A stretch of DNA of 64,000 nt, taken from positions 15,314,001 through 15,378,000 of the forward strand of contig CM022669.1 in NCBI GenBank assembly GCA_012295275.1. The letters run 5' to 3'. Shown here piece by piece: positions 28,618 to 42,400 of the stretch. The position numbers and the translations under genes were made by a program. This DNA comes from Chrysomallon squamiferum (lineage: Eukaryota > Animalia > Mollusca). Within the stretch, counting starts at the first letter, position 1; each line of letters opens with the position of its first letter. Under the pieces are notes generated by a model, which saw only the letters and a list, made by a program, of their open reading frames with translations, ran no database searches and was not told where the DNA came from.

Positions 28618-30639
28618 GTTTAACAAGGTCAAATCAAAATTACATGTGGTTCAAATGTATTAAGTTTTTTTGTTAACATGGAAGGATATAAGGAAAAATA
28701 TAATTCTTTGTACCTTTCAAACAAAAGTTAAAAAATTATATTAGTTTTAACAGTTGGAATTTATATCAGCTAGTTTTCATATAGGTGCAGAGTAAGGCAT
28801 CAGTTTAAAGTGCATTGAGCAATATGGTACTCTAATTCAGAATTATTCTTGGCTTAGATACCACAAAAAAGTAAGGTACTTACAGTTCAGCAAAAGTGGT
28901 AATGAAATCAAAGGTGGCGTGTTTGATTATTTTCTTTTGCTGAAATAAAAGAAGAAAAAGAGACTATAATCCTGTCCAGTATTTAAGATTTATGATACTT
29001 ACCATTATAAAGTAAAGGACATAAACTGTTACTTCTCCAGGCATATCAGATTGCATTTGAAAAACTAAAATGTCAATATGATAATAAATATAGTTTTAAA
29101 AATTTGAAAATGGTGAATACAGTGAATCAGTCAATAGTGACATGATTTATTTTGGATTATTTGTTATTATTGTTTTTTTTTTGTTTTTTTTAATTACTAT
29201 ATATATTTTATTAAATTGTTAGATCATCCGAGCCACAGGACCATGGAACCTGGTGTATTTTGTTATGGTCATATTCTTTGGCTCATTTTACCTTATCAAC
29301 TTAATGCTGGCTGTTGTAGCTATGTCTTATGAAGAAGAGGCCCTTCATGCTGGAAAGGTAAAAAAGATGTTTCATTTTCACATTCCTATTACGTAATTAT
29401 ATCAATAACTAGTGAAAACACAAATCCTTTTTTTAGTTAATCATTACCTTTTTAATTTTCATATGTAATTAACTAAAATGCTTGAGGTTTTGTTGTTGCT
29501 GTTAGAATAGTCAATTTTGGTTGTGTTAATGTAGAAACAATTTTATTTATTTCAATTTATATCATTTGTGTTATCAGTTATTATTTATTTGGCATGATGT
29601 ATTTATTTTATTTTCATTACCCTTTACATTGGCCTTTACATTATTCTGGCATCAATTTGTAGGAAAGAGAGAGAGAACTCAATGCAAAACAAAAGAAAAA
29701 AGTAAATCCTGTGTATGAAATAGTAAAACTGACTGTTGTAACTAAGCGGGCTTCAACTGAGTTGAAACATGCTATGGCACAACGAACTGCTAAGACACTG
29801 ATTGAAAAACATAAAATGAAAGCAGGTGAAAAACCTGTGGATCCAGTGAATCCTCTGAAGCCGATGGTTAAAAAAGTCAGCAAAGACAGCGGATATTCAT
29901 CTAAAAGTCAGACTAGTGGTAAATCATGGAAGTCTGATAGTCATGAACAGTTAACTATAGATGTAGATGCTGAGGCCAGTGGAAGTGGAAGTGGAAGTGG
30001 TGTTAAGACTTCAGTAAACACTTTCATAAAACAAGAGAGTCTGCCAAATGTGAGTCATTATTATTATCATTTTATTCTTTTTCGAATAGAAATATCACCA
30101 ATTTTATTTTTATTTATTTTACTTTTAGTATAGCTTGCATTTTCTTTATTTTTAATTTATTTTAATTAGAATTATAAAATACCTTTGGTTTTTAAATTAG
30201 TATACAAAACTAACATTAAAAAATTAAGATCTTTATAGTTTGGCGTTAAAATTTACTTTATTAAAATTTAGTATTTAATTTATATTTTGTTATGACAAAA
30301 AAGAAAAAAAAAAAGGAATGATGTGAATGTGATTATATTTTGTTTTAAATGTGTTACAGCTAGATGAAGTTTTATGATATGTAATGTTTATCATGGAAAA
30401 GCATTTTAAAAGTTAAAAACTAAATTGATAATAAATTGTTGTGAAACATTATTTTGGCAAATGTCCCTAGCTTGCACATTGTTCCAAAATGTTCAGCTTT
30501 ATCAAAAAATGCAACTTTAAAACAAGCTTATGTAACATAAACTAAAAATAATCAGTTGATCATAATTTACTAATTATGAAAATATATGCTTGATTCATTT
30601 AACAAGCAGAATATTTAAAATTTGGTCAAATAATACATC

Positions 30640-30703
<64 letters not shown>

Positions 30704-32433
30704 TTTGTATTTATTTTCTATAGGATTTGGAAAGAGAGAAAGTAAGATTGATAGTTAATGGCTATATTTATAAAATAAAAATAGTCTGCGGTGTTGTGAA
30801 GTGGCTTGTTTGTGTTGTGTTTTTATATAACATTGATTTGATTTGTAAATTTACAGCATCCTTAAAACATATTACACTGTAACATTCTAATTTTTATAAA
30901 TAATTCATATTAATATTTGGGAAGAATGTAATCAATTACTCCAGGCTGGTGAATTGATTGTGTTGTTTTTAATCTGAATTATGGTATCTAGATATCATAA
31001 TTTTTCTGACTTGTAATTAAAAAATACAAAATGTTAAATTTTCCTCATTCTGTTTCTTCTTCTTCTTCATCTTATTATTATTATTATTTGTAAAGAAGTT
31101 CTAATATGGGATAATAACCATAAAAGTGGTTTTACAGTGTTAAAACAATTTCCACATTTTAATATTTGTCAAGTCAAAGGCAGAATCATCAAAGTATGTT
31201 AAACAAGGAAGAAAACGACATAAACGTCATGGAAAAAAATCGTCCACAGACAAACCAAAGAAAAAGAAAAAATTTAAGCGCCCATCCTCTGTACGTTATG
31301 ATCACCTTCGAAAGTCAGAAATAGAGAATGAAATAGATACTGAAGTTGAGAAGTTAATTGGAATATCCAGTTTTAATGATGAATTTTCCGAAGATGAAGT
31401 AAGTCGCACACGAACATAGCTATTTTAATCTTCCAGAAGAAGATAAAAATAAAAAGAAGAAAATCTAATGCCAGAAGTCCATACAATAAGCCTGTTTTCA
31501 TATATCATTACAAACACTTACAGTCAGAACTGCAGCTTTATTGATATATCCAGTGCCAATGGATATAAACATGTTACCCTTTTCAATTTTTTGAATGAAT
31601 ATTAACTGTTTTAAAAGTATTATTATTACAAATATATTTTTTATATTTTTAAAGTAATTATTCTAATATAACTATTAGTTTAAGTTGTTTCTGCACAGTG
31701 TAGTTCAGACTCATTCGACAACAATGCCACATGAATTAAAATACATTATAGATGATCAAGATTAATTGATGTTATATTTTTAATAGGAAGAAAAAACAAA
31801 ATCAGGATCATTAATTAACAGGATGGTTAGTGAGGAAGTTTTTTTTTAATGCTTGCTTAGTAAAAAAAAAATATATATTTTTAAAATACTTGTGTTTTCT
31901 TTTAACTGTTTCTTTCTTTCATTTTTTTTAAATTTTTTATCTTTGCATGGGTTTGAATTAAATGGCATAAATTATGAAATTCAAATATATATTTAGAATG
32001 ATAAATTAAATGCACTAATATGTTACAAGTTTGTTTTCAGTTTTCATTACCAGTCATTAGTCATTGTTTTGGTGTTCGTTTTGTTTCTGAATGTATGTTT
32101 AAAGTATGATACAGTGTACTGGGTTTTGAGGATATATTTTTCTCTACTTTCTTTCTTTTGACTGTTTTCTAACATTGTAAAAAAAATTTATTGTTATTAT
32201 TTTTTTTTTCTACATAGAATCTTGTTACTAATTTTTAAAGTTTTATTAATATGTCACTTCTGACTGTATATTAAATTTTTAAAAGCAATAATAAAATCAG
32301 TATTTTGATGCAAGTACTCTAAGTATAATTTTTGCACAGTATGATTAAAAATTGATTATCTGATTACAAAAAAACATTAAAAAAAACAACAACAAGAAAA
32401 ACAACAGCAAACAAAATAAACAAACACACAACA

Positions 32434-32468
<35 letters not shown>

Positions 32469-35017
32469 ATACAAACCATAAAAAGTAAAATATGTAAAAA
32501 TATTTATTTCTGCTCTGATTTGCAAAGTCATAATAGTGGTTCATGTTAAAGGTGATGATAAATTTTTGTAATTGTTGTTCACTGAACAGAATCAAAATAA
32601 CACTGTTAATTAAAAACCCATTTATTACTGAGATTTATATAATAATAACCTGAATTATTTTTCACAGATGACTGCTGTTGAAAACATTATAAGTAGTGAT
32701 GTAGATAATTCAAAGGTACAAAATATTGGGTTTTTTTGGTAATAAAATTTTAACTTTTAATTTATTGTTTACTAATTGCTATTTTAATTTTTCTGTCATC
32801 AAACAAAAAAAAAAAAAGGAAAAAAAGGAAAATGTTAAAATTACATTTAATTCTTGTTGTTACCTGTGTCAGTTGTTGTTTTTAATTATCTATTTTTCTT
32901 TTAGTTGCTATCATGAAAAATTATGTATTGTCTGTTTGTAACTATTTTAAGTTTAAGTATGAATTTTAGCACAGTGGGATAAAATATGATTATCTGATGG
33001 AAAAAAAAAAATAAAATAAAATAAAAAAGCAACAACAAACATACAAACAAATAAACAAACATAACAAACATATGAAACATAACTGTTAGAAGTAAAATAT
33101 GTAAAAATATTCCTTTGTACTCTGATTTGCATAGTTATAATGGTGGTTCATGTTACAGGTGGTAATACATTTTTGTAATTATTGTTCACTGAATAGAATC
33201 AAAATAACAAAATTAAGAAAAAACAACAACATTTATTGTTGAGATTTATATAATAATAACCTTATTTATTTTTCACAGAAATCAGTTGAAAGCAATTTAA
33301 GTAATATAGTAAATAGTCAAAAGGTACAAAATTTTGTTTTTTATCAATAATTAAATTTGAACATTTTATTTATTGTTTACTAATTGTTCTTTTAATTTTT
33401 CTCTTATCACAAACTAAGAAAAACAAAAGAAAACAAGTTAAGACAAATGTTAAAATTACCTTTCGTTTTCTTGTTGTTATCTGTTCAGTTGCTGTTTTTA
33501 ATTATTTATTTTTTCTTTTAATATTCTGTCATGAATAATTATGCATTGTCTGTTTGTAATTATTTTAAGTTTTGAGTATGAGTTTTAGCACAGTGTTATA
33601 AAATATGATTACCTGAAGGAAAAAAAAGAAAAAAGAATGAAAATAAAATAAAAATCCAGTAACAAACAAATAAACAAACATGACAAATGTAACTGTAAGA
33701 AGTAAAATAAGTAAAAATATTCATTTCTGCTCTGATTTCCAAAAATTATAAAGGTGGTTCATGTTACAGGTGGTAATACAGTTTTGTAATTATTGTTCAC
33801 TGAACATAATCAAAATAACAAAATTAAAAAGAAAAAACATTTATTGTTGAGATTTATATAATAATAACCTTATTTATTTTTCACAGAAATCAGCTGAAGG
33901 CAATTTAAATTATATAGTAAATAGTCAAAAGGTACAAAATTTTGTTTTTTCTCAATAATTAAATTTGAACATTTTATTTATTATTTACTAATTGTTCTTT
34001 TAATTTTTCTCTTATCACAAACTAAGAAAAACAAAAGAAAACAAGTTAAGACAAATGTTAAAAGTACCTTTTGTTTTCTTGTTGTTACCTGTTCAGTTGC
34101 TGTTTTTAATTATTTATTTTTTCTTTTAATATGTTGTCATGTATAATAATGTACTGTCTGTTTGTAACATGTATTTGAAATATGGAGGGCAAGTTTGTTG
34201 TGTTTTATAATAATGATTATTCTGATTTATTATTTTTAATGTTAGATTTCTTTTTGCAGCAGTAAACAAACATTAACTGTCAGAAATTAAAGCATGACCC
34301 CCTAGAGTCAATTTATATATTCTTAAATCACATTTGGTTATTGATTTGTACAGTATTGTTTCATAATAAAATGTGTTGCTCTATATAAATATGAAAATGT
34401 TATAAACAAGTTTAATTTTATTTCTCTTTGTATCATCAGTTAAACATACTATGTAACAACATTAACATTTGTAAATGGTGAAATATGAGTTACTTATTCC
34501 TTGAATGAAGAATTAATGTTGATTTGATATGCCAGCATGCACAAAAATAATAATTTAAAGCACAAACAAAAGTATTATGTAACTATTTTAAGTATGAGTT
34601 TTAGCACAGTATGATAAAATATGATTATGTGATGTCAAAAAGAAAAGAATAAAATCAATAAAAAATCAATAACAAACAAACAAATAAACAAACATAACAA
34701 ATATGACAAATATGTAAAAAAATTCATTTCTGGTTTGATTTCTAAGTTATAATTGTGGTTCATGTTACAAGTGGTAATACATTTTTGTAATTACTGTTCA
34801 CTAAACAGAATCAAAATAACAAAATTAATTTAAAAAAAAAGAATTATTGTTGAGATTTATATAATAATAACCTTATTTATTTTTCACAGATATCTGTTGA
34901 AAGCAATTTAAATAGTACAGTAAATAATCCAAAGGTACAAAATTTTGTTCTTTTTCAGTAATTAAATTTGAACATTTTATTTATTGTTAATGGATTGTTC
35001 TTTTAATTTTCTCTTAA

Positions 35018-35061
<44 letters not shown>

Positions 35062-36387
35062 TTGGAATCACATTTAGTTTTCTAGTTGTTATCTGTGTCA
35101 GTTGTTCTTTATATTCTTTATTTTTTCTTTCAGTGTTCTGTCATGTATAAGCATGTATTGTCTATATGTAGCCTGCAGTTGAACTGTAGAGGGCAAGTTG
35201 TTGCTTGTTGTACAATATACATATCAAATTTCAAATAAACGCTGGTGGCATGATCTAGGGTTTAAAACACAATTGGTTACAATAGTAATTAAGTGGTGTT
35301 TAAATATCTCTGTCAGTTATATACTTTGGTCTTTCTAAAACACTTTCTGATAATAGCATATTTAAATGTTTAAACTATATGAATGCTCCTCTGGAATACA
35401 TGTTCACAGGTTAACATGTTTGTTTTGTGTGCATTCTGCAAATGTACTAATTGCAGTTCTTGATGTTATCTTTTGATGTCACATGTCTAATCAGACTTGT
35501 AATTCTGTCAGAAGATTTTAGTAGATCTATATGTCTCAAAGAAAAATTATTTTAATTCAGATATATTTTATGTCAGCTTAATTCAGTTCAGATACTATAA
35601 AAAGGAATGTCAATATCAATTAAATAAAACTGAACATAAAAATCTTAAAGTATGCAAATGATAAATTATAATTAATTAAGATAAGCAAAACATGAGAAAT
35701 GTTTATAAATAAATAAAAAAAATTGTGGAAATACCTAATGTATAGCCTTACTGATATATACTGATGTAAGTTGGCAGTTTATGTTATAGTAACATTTACC
35801 AGAGCTAAATAATTATTATAAATGTAATTTGGAATAAAATATTTACTTGTCAGATTGGACATATGATTATAATTCAACTTTCCAAAAAGTGATTTTACTT
35901 ATTCAGGCTTGTGATTTTAGTTATCAGATGGTTATTAATGACTAACTGTAAAAATACATTTATGCATGTCTAAATATAATTATTTATGTTTGAATCTTAT
36001 TTGTGGAACCTGATTTGATTTGGTACACAATCAGCATTAATCATGTTTTTTTTTAATAACATGTTGTATTTCAAAGAAATTATTTTAAAAAGAATATTAT
36101 TTTTAAATATTCACGTGCCTTGATGCCTTGCATCATTAAATGCATTTATAATATTCCATTGGGATGAAAATCCTTTCTTTCTAGAATGCACTCACCAATT
36201 ATACTATTTATTTAATAATTAATTGTTTTATCTGGATTAAAGAAAATGTGAAAATGATTAATATTAGGAATATGATATCAGACCTGTATTAAATTACGAT
36301 AAAAAGCAAAACTGTTGTAATTATTTGGTTCAGAGTTATTGTCTACATTTATAGAATAAATATAAGAATAATATTATCACCTATTTA

Positions 36388-36450
<63 letters not shown>

Positions 36451-39400
36451 TTGTGGTGAGAATATTAAAACAAATTATAAATATTTATTAATATATCTTT
36501 TCAGTTGTCGGCCTCAAGCATTCAAGAGGAAGGAAGTAATGTAAACAACAACAGTTTGTGCAGTGATGTTGAGAAAGGAAAATACACAGTAGTGAAAGGT
36601 TGGCATGAAATTATGTCAGCTGAATATTAGAATTATGCCTGTGTAAAACTTAATAATTAACAGTGTATTGACAGTTTATGGCTACCAACTGGGGCATGGT
36701 TTTACCGATAACTTTGCTGACTTTCTTTTCATTGTTATAATAATGTGATAAATCTGCAGTTATTACCATTGTAAAACAATATACAAATAAACAAAATTAC
36801 CTAAAAGATTTTCAGTATTTAACAAGTTTGGATAAATAAATAGTGATGAAATCATTGTTAAAATTAATACATGTGTTGATATTTTTAAGTATAAAATGTC
36901 TTTATTAATTTCCATTCAAACTGCAAATTACTTCTGAGTTGCAGAAAACAAAATAGAATGCAAAAATGAACACAGGATACTGAAAACTTACATAAATATT
37001 TTGTTTTACCACTGTTATGTAGTAATGATAATAATATATTTTATTAAAGAAAATCATTATTTGAAGGCTAAAAGATAAAATACAAATTAATGAATCCATT
37101 TGTTTTTCACATAGCTGAAGTACTTGAGGACTGGGATGCCACAAGGTCCAAAGAGATACTTATAGACCGGAACTGTCAGTGCTGTCAAATATACTGCCTT
37201 TGTTTTATATCTTGGCTCAAAATTGAGAATATGCTCTACACCATAATTGCTGACCCTATCTTTGACTTATTCATCACCACATGTATTGCATTAAACACAA
37301 TCATTATGGCAACTGAGCATTATGGACAATCATATGCACTTGAACAAACACTGAAAATTTCCAATTATGTATGTATATTTTGTGTAGTTATGTTTATATG
37401 TTGATATGCTTTGTATATTTACATACATGTTCATGAGTCAAAAAGTCTACATTATGAATTCTTTAATTTACCTTCACACTGGTTTTATTCCTGCATAAAA
37501 TTGTTTTTGAAATAGTCTTGATTAGTACTATTTATACAGCTTATAAAAATAATGTTTTTTATCAGTTTTATAAAGTGCTAATAGGGATAGATAATACATA
37601 CTTAAGAATCATGGATTCTAATGAATGAAGGAAGGAAATTGTAGTGACACCCCTCCCACACCAAAAAATATCCTTAAACTATATAAACTTGGATACATGA
37701 AGATATATAAAACTGATCTTTATTTATTTATTACAGATATTCACATTGGTCTTTACTGTTGAAGCCACTTTGAAAATCACAGCATTAAACAAGTGGTATT
37801 TCAAAAGTGGATGGAACCTTTTTGATCTTACTATTGTCATAGCTGGTTTGGTGGATTTAGCACTGGAAGATATTGATGGCTTGTCAGTCATCAGAATTTT
37901 CAGATTGGTAACTATGATCTTTTTGATCTAACTTGTCAGTCAATTCATCTGACATGTAAATAAATATGTGTTGCTGTTATGAATTCAAAATCATATTTCC
38001 TGTGAAACTATTTGACTGAAATAGAATTTTTGTTAATTTTGTTTGTAAGAGACGTACACACAAACACATACACACTCTTTTATTAAATAATTTAAGTTAG
38101 AAAATAGTGAATATTTATTTTCTCTTTTGAATAATTTATTTTTGAAAATTTCCATAGTGTCTGTCTTTCCTTAACAGAGATAAATTTATATAGTTACTAA
38201 AAATATGCATACATATCTTTTAAGCATTAAAAAAAAAAAAAAAATGATAATTATTGTTTTTATAATCTTTTCCAGCTTCGTGTGTTCAAATTAGCTCAGT
38301 CTTGGCCAACAATGAGAATCCTACTTTCTATTATCTTGAATACTCTTGGAGCACTAGCAAATCTAACTGTTGTTCTTGGAATCATTTTGTATATCTTTGC
38401 TGTAATTGGTCTTCAACTCTTCAACACTAAATACACCGAAGAAAAGTTTTACCCAGATCCACCCCCAAGGTACCCCAATTTTTTACATCTACAATTGTAT
38501 CACTGTATATGTTATGAATTAAATGCTGTGTGAATTTTATATTTTTGTTTCAGCAGCTATAATATTGTGCTTGTTATTTATAATACATTTCAATAAGAAA
38601 ACAAGATTCAGCTTATTTCAGTGAAAAAACAAAAAGTGAAGTAACTTACAAATTTCAAGAATATAATAAACTTCTAACGGGAATAGGCAGTAATGTTAGT
38701 TTTACACATTTTAGTCAAAATCTTGATGGGTACATTACAACTATACTTTATGATAAGGTCTTATTATTCATTTTTACATTAATTACAGAATTTCATCAGA
38801 ATTATAATACCTAATAATTTATGCCTTGAAAAAATTTCAGATGGAATTTTAATGACTTTGGACATGCCATAGTTATGGTGTTTCGTGTTCTTTGTGGTGA
38901 ATGGATAGAACCTTTGTGGGACTGTATGCGGGCTGCTGATGAACTCTGCATGGTTGTCTTTCTTCCTACTCTTGTCCTAGGAAATTTTATTGTAAGTACT
39001 TTTGAAGTAATATTTATCTCTACAGAGACCCATTAGATACTTTATTTCTTGAAAATGCCACCCTCTTTAAATTTTTGATTCACAGTCCAAAGGCATGCAG
39101 TCTAAATATTTATATATTACAAGATTACACTGGTGATAAATAATAAGCAACTAACTGTACTATCAAATTTCATTAAGAAATTGTGTGAGTTTCATAAGCA
39201 TCCAACAAAACAAATAAATTAAACAAAATAAATTAATAAATTTATGTTTTAAAGTTACAGTATTAAAACAAAAATATTTGTGACCTAGCACACAAGTACT
39301 TTTATTTATATGTTATTGGTGTTACTAATTACTGATTATAGTTATTAACTTTTGTTCTAATACTGTTATAGGTCCTGAACCTGTTCTTGGCCTTGTTACT

Positions 39401-42400
39401 GAATGCCTTTGCCTCAGACACCCTTGGAAAAAACAAAGATATTAACGAGTTAAACAAGTTCAGAAAAGCCTGGGATCGAATTAAAAAACTCTGTTGCTGC
39501 AAGTCTGTCAAGAATGTTGTAGAACCAACCAGTGAGAATAAAGATGATGATACTGACAAGATCCAGATTATCAATGAATGTGACGATGAACAACCAAGTA
39601 ACTTTCTTTTCATTTAAAAAATAATTTTATAAAGCATTAATAGTGTACTGTGGATTGCTGTCCCTTCATCTAGTTACTAGGAGATATGTAGTGTCTTATT
39701 ATGTTCACAGGATTACTTAAAGAAAATAGAATTATATGTACATTCCGTTTATTAAAAACAAATTGATTTAAAATGTGTCAGTTTAATGAACTAACTTTAA
39801 TGAACCTTTATAAATATATATAAACTCACAATAATATAATTTTCATAAAATTTGTTAGTAAATCAATATGTGCTTAGATCATTTTTTTTTTTTTTTTTAA
39901 TAAAGGTGACAGTGTTGAAATGAAAATTGTAGCTAATGGACACAGTAAAACAGATAAGAAGGTAACCATGTTTTATTACTTTAAAAATATCTGCAAAGAT
40001 TTTTGGTGGCTGAAATATGCATTATAAATAAATTGAGATATTTTTGTGATTTGTTTTTCTGTTGCTTTGAGCATAGTTCAGTGACATTTACATGATAATT
40101 ATTAATTACATTAACAGTACTTCATTTTATCTGTACATCTGTACATTAATTCCAAGAAAATGACAGTCTTCCTACATTCCTCAACTTTGATTTTTTTTCT
40201 CTTAACAGTTAAAGGAATCTGAGAAAGATAGTCATGCGAAAAGAAGTGTAAAATTTGAAGATGTTGATGATTTAGAACTTGGAGCATCTGCATCAACCTT
40301 GAAATCACACGTAGTAGTAAATGTTGATGATTGTTTTCCTAAAATATTATCCAAAAGGTGAAGAAAAAAAGCAACACATTTATTTTATATTTTGTTAGCT
40401 ATATTTTCATTGTGCTTTAATAAACAGTCCTTATCAGGTTTTATGATCATATTTTTATTCTTTATTTATTGATTTGTTTATTTTTATTATAATAATAACA
40501 TTTGATTGCATAAGTAAACTCTGTGATGTTGGTAAAAACTTTATTTTTGCAGTTATTTAGCACAAAGGTTTATGTGACAAAAAAAATTTAAGGACAATGA
40601 AAAAGTAACTTATTCTGTGGAAACCTTTTTTGATTTTACATTTTTGATTGTTTTGTACATAATTTCTGAATGTTGATTATGAAGAAAAAAAGGAGAAAAG
40701 AAATGAGAAAAAGAAGCTAGTGCATTTTTGAAAATGTTATGGTTGTTATTCTACCATGATTTGAGTAAAGTACTCACTTCTTGTCAGTTAGAGTTATAAA
40801 TAATCTCTTAAATTTTTTTATTTTTTTCTATTTTTAATTTAAACCTTTTTTATTTTTGAAACTTGTAATAATGTAATAATTAATAATTTCAATCATAATT
40901 TCTTTTCAGATTAAAATGTTTAGAAGCCTTTGACAGGACCACATTTGGTCAGCGATGGAATGCCTTCCGAAAGTTTCTTCTGCTTACTGTGGATCACAAA
41001 ATATTTGAAACATCAATTTTGATCATTATTTTTGCCAGCAGCATAACCTTGGTAAATAACATTTTTATGACACTGACTTTACTTAGCATTAATTTTAGCC
41101 ATAAAATTATTTTAGTTTCAGTGACCTACGGCATAACCTATTATTTGTTTTTAAAATTTCGTATTCCCAAGTAAAGAAGCAAATATTTACTTATATAATT
41201 TACTTACTCAAATACCACTGAATGATAATTTATTTAAATTTTTAGTAAATAACAATAAAGCGAACATATTTTCAAATGTTTTAACTTGGTTCTTTTATTT
41301 TGGTCCTTACAATGTCTTTTTAGAAATTATTATTATTTTTATTATTATTACTGCTATTATTGTTGTGATGGTTGTTTTTTAAGGCTTTTGAAGATGTCTA
41401 TCTGGTGGAGAATGTTGAATTGATGGAAGCTCTGCATTACGTAAATATTATCTTTGCTGTACTGTTTTCCATAGAGATGATCCTCAAATGGTTTGCTTAT
41501 GGTCTCACTAAATATTTCACAAACTTCTGGACATTACTTGATTTTGTCATCGTCGTGGTAAATATATTATTCCAGATTTTTTTTATATTTGGGCATAATT
41601 ATTATAAATGTCTTTTCCATATACAGTATTAGCTGTTAAAATTTCTGTTATTACCTGTGTATTTGTTAATTTAGTGGTCATTTGAATAAATATTTTAGTT
41701 TACTTTCTTGCTTTAAAACATTCATTTTCACCATCATTTGCTGGTGCATAATTTCTTATATTAATCTGCATGTTCATTACCAAAACTCTTATCTGTGAAA
41801 AGGTCACATGGCAGATATTTGCAACTTCTGATGATTTAAGTTATTATGATTAAACCAGAAATTAATCAAATTAAAGGAGGCTGAAAAAAAAATTGGTTTC
41901 TTATTAGCTGAATCTTGTCCTAGATATTTATTTAGGAAACTTCAAAATATTTTTTACTTCAGATTTCAGTTGCTAGTCTGATCTCTGAACTGCTTGGTAT
42001 AAGTAATCTCACAGCATTTAGATCTCTGAGAACACTTCGTGCTCTTCGACCACTCAGAGCTATATCTAGATGGCAAGGAATGAAGGTATCTGTTCATTAT
42101 ATTTTGGAATCATATATGATTAAATTTTCTTAGGAAGTTTCTTAAAGATCTGCAGTATTACTGAATGGTTGTTTGTACAGCACATCATATTTTAAAACAC
42201 AAGCAACAGCAACAACAACAACAACAACAAATCACTGGATATTATTTTATTGTAGAACATTTGTTTATGTTGGCAAGTTGAATGTGTATGTGTGTGTGTG
42301 TGTATGAATGTATTTATAAGTATGTTTGTTTAGTCCTATAAGGATACCATTTCACATATGCAAACACATAACAAAACTTCTCTGTGCTTATTTATTATAT

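Noticed and set aside
34250-34310. Acceptor-like tttttgcagcag between repeat copies 3 and 4 as an extra exon
   Set aside because: No convincing downstream donor giving an open in-frame exon.
32330-35200. Repeat array interpreted as CRISPR or a transposon cluster
   Set aside because: Eukaryotic intron context, 0.6-kb diverged units, no repeat-spacer structure, and no TIRs or TSDs. It is explained by exon-unit duplication.
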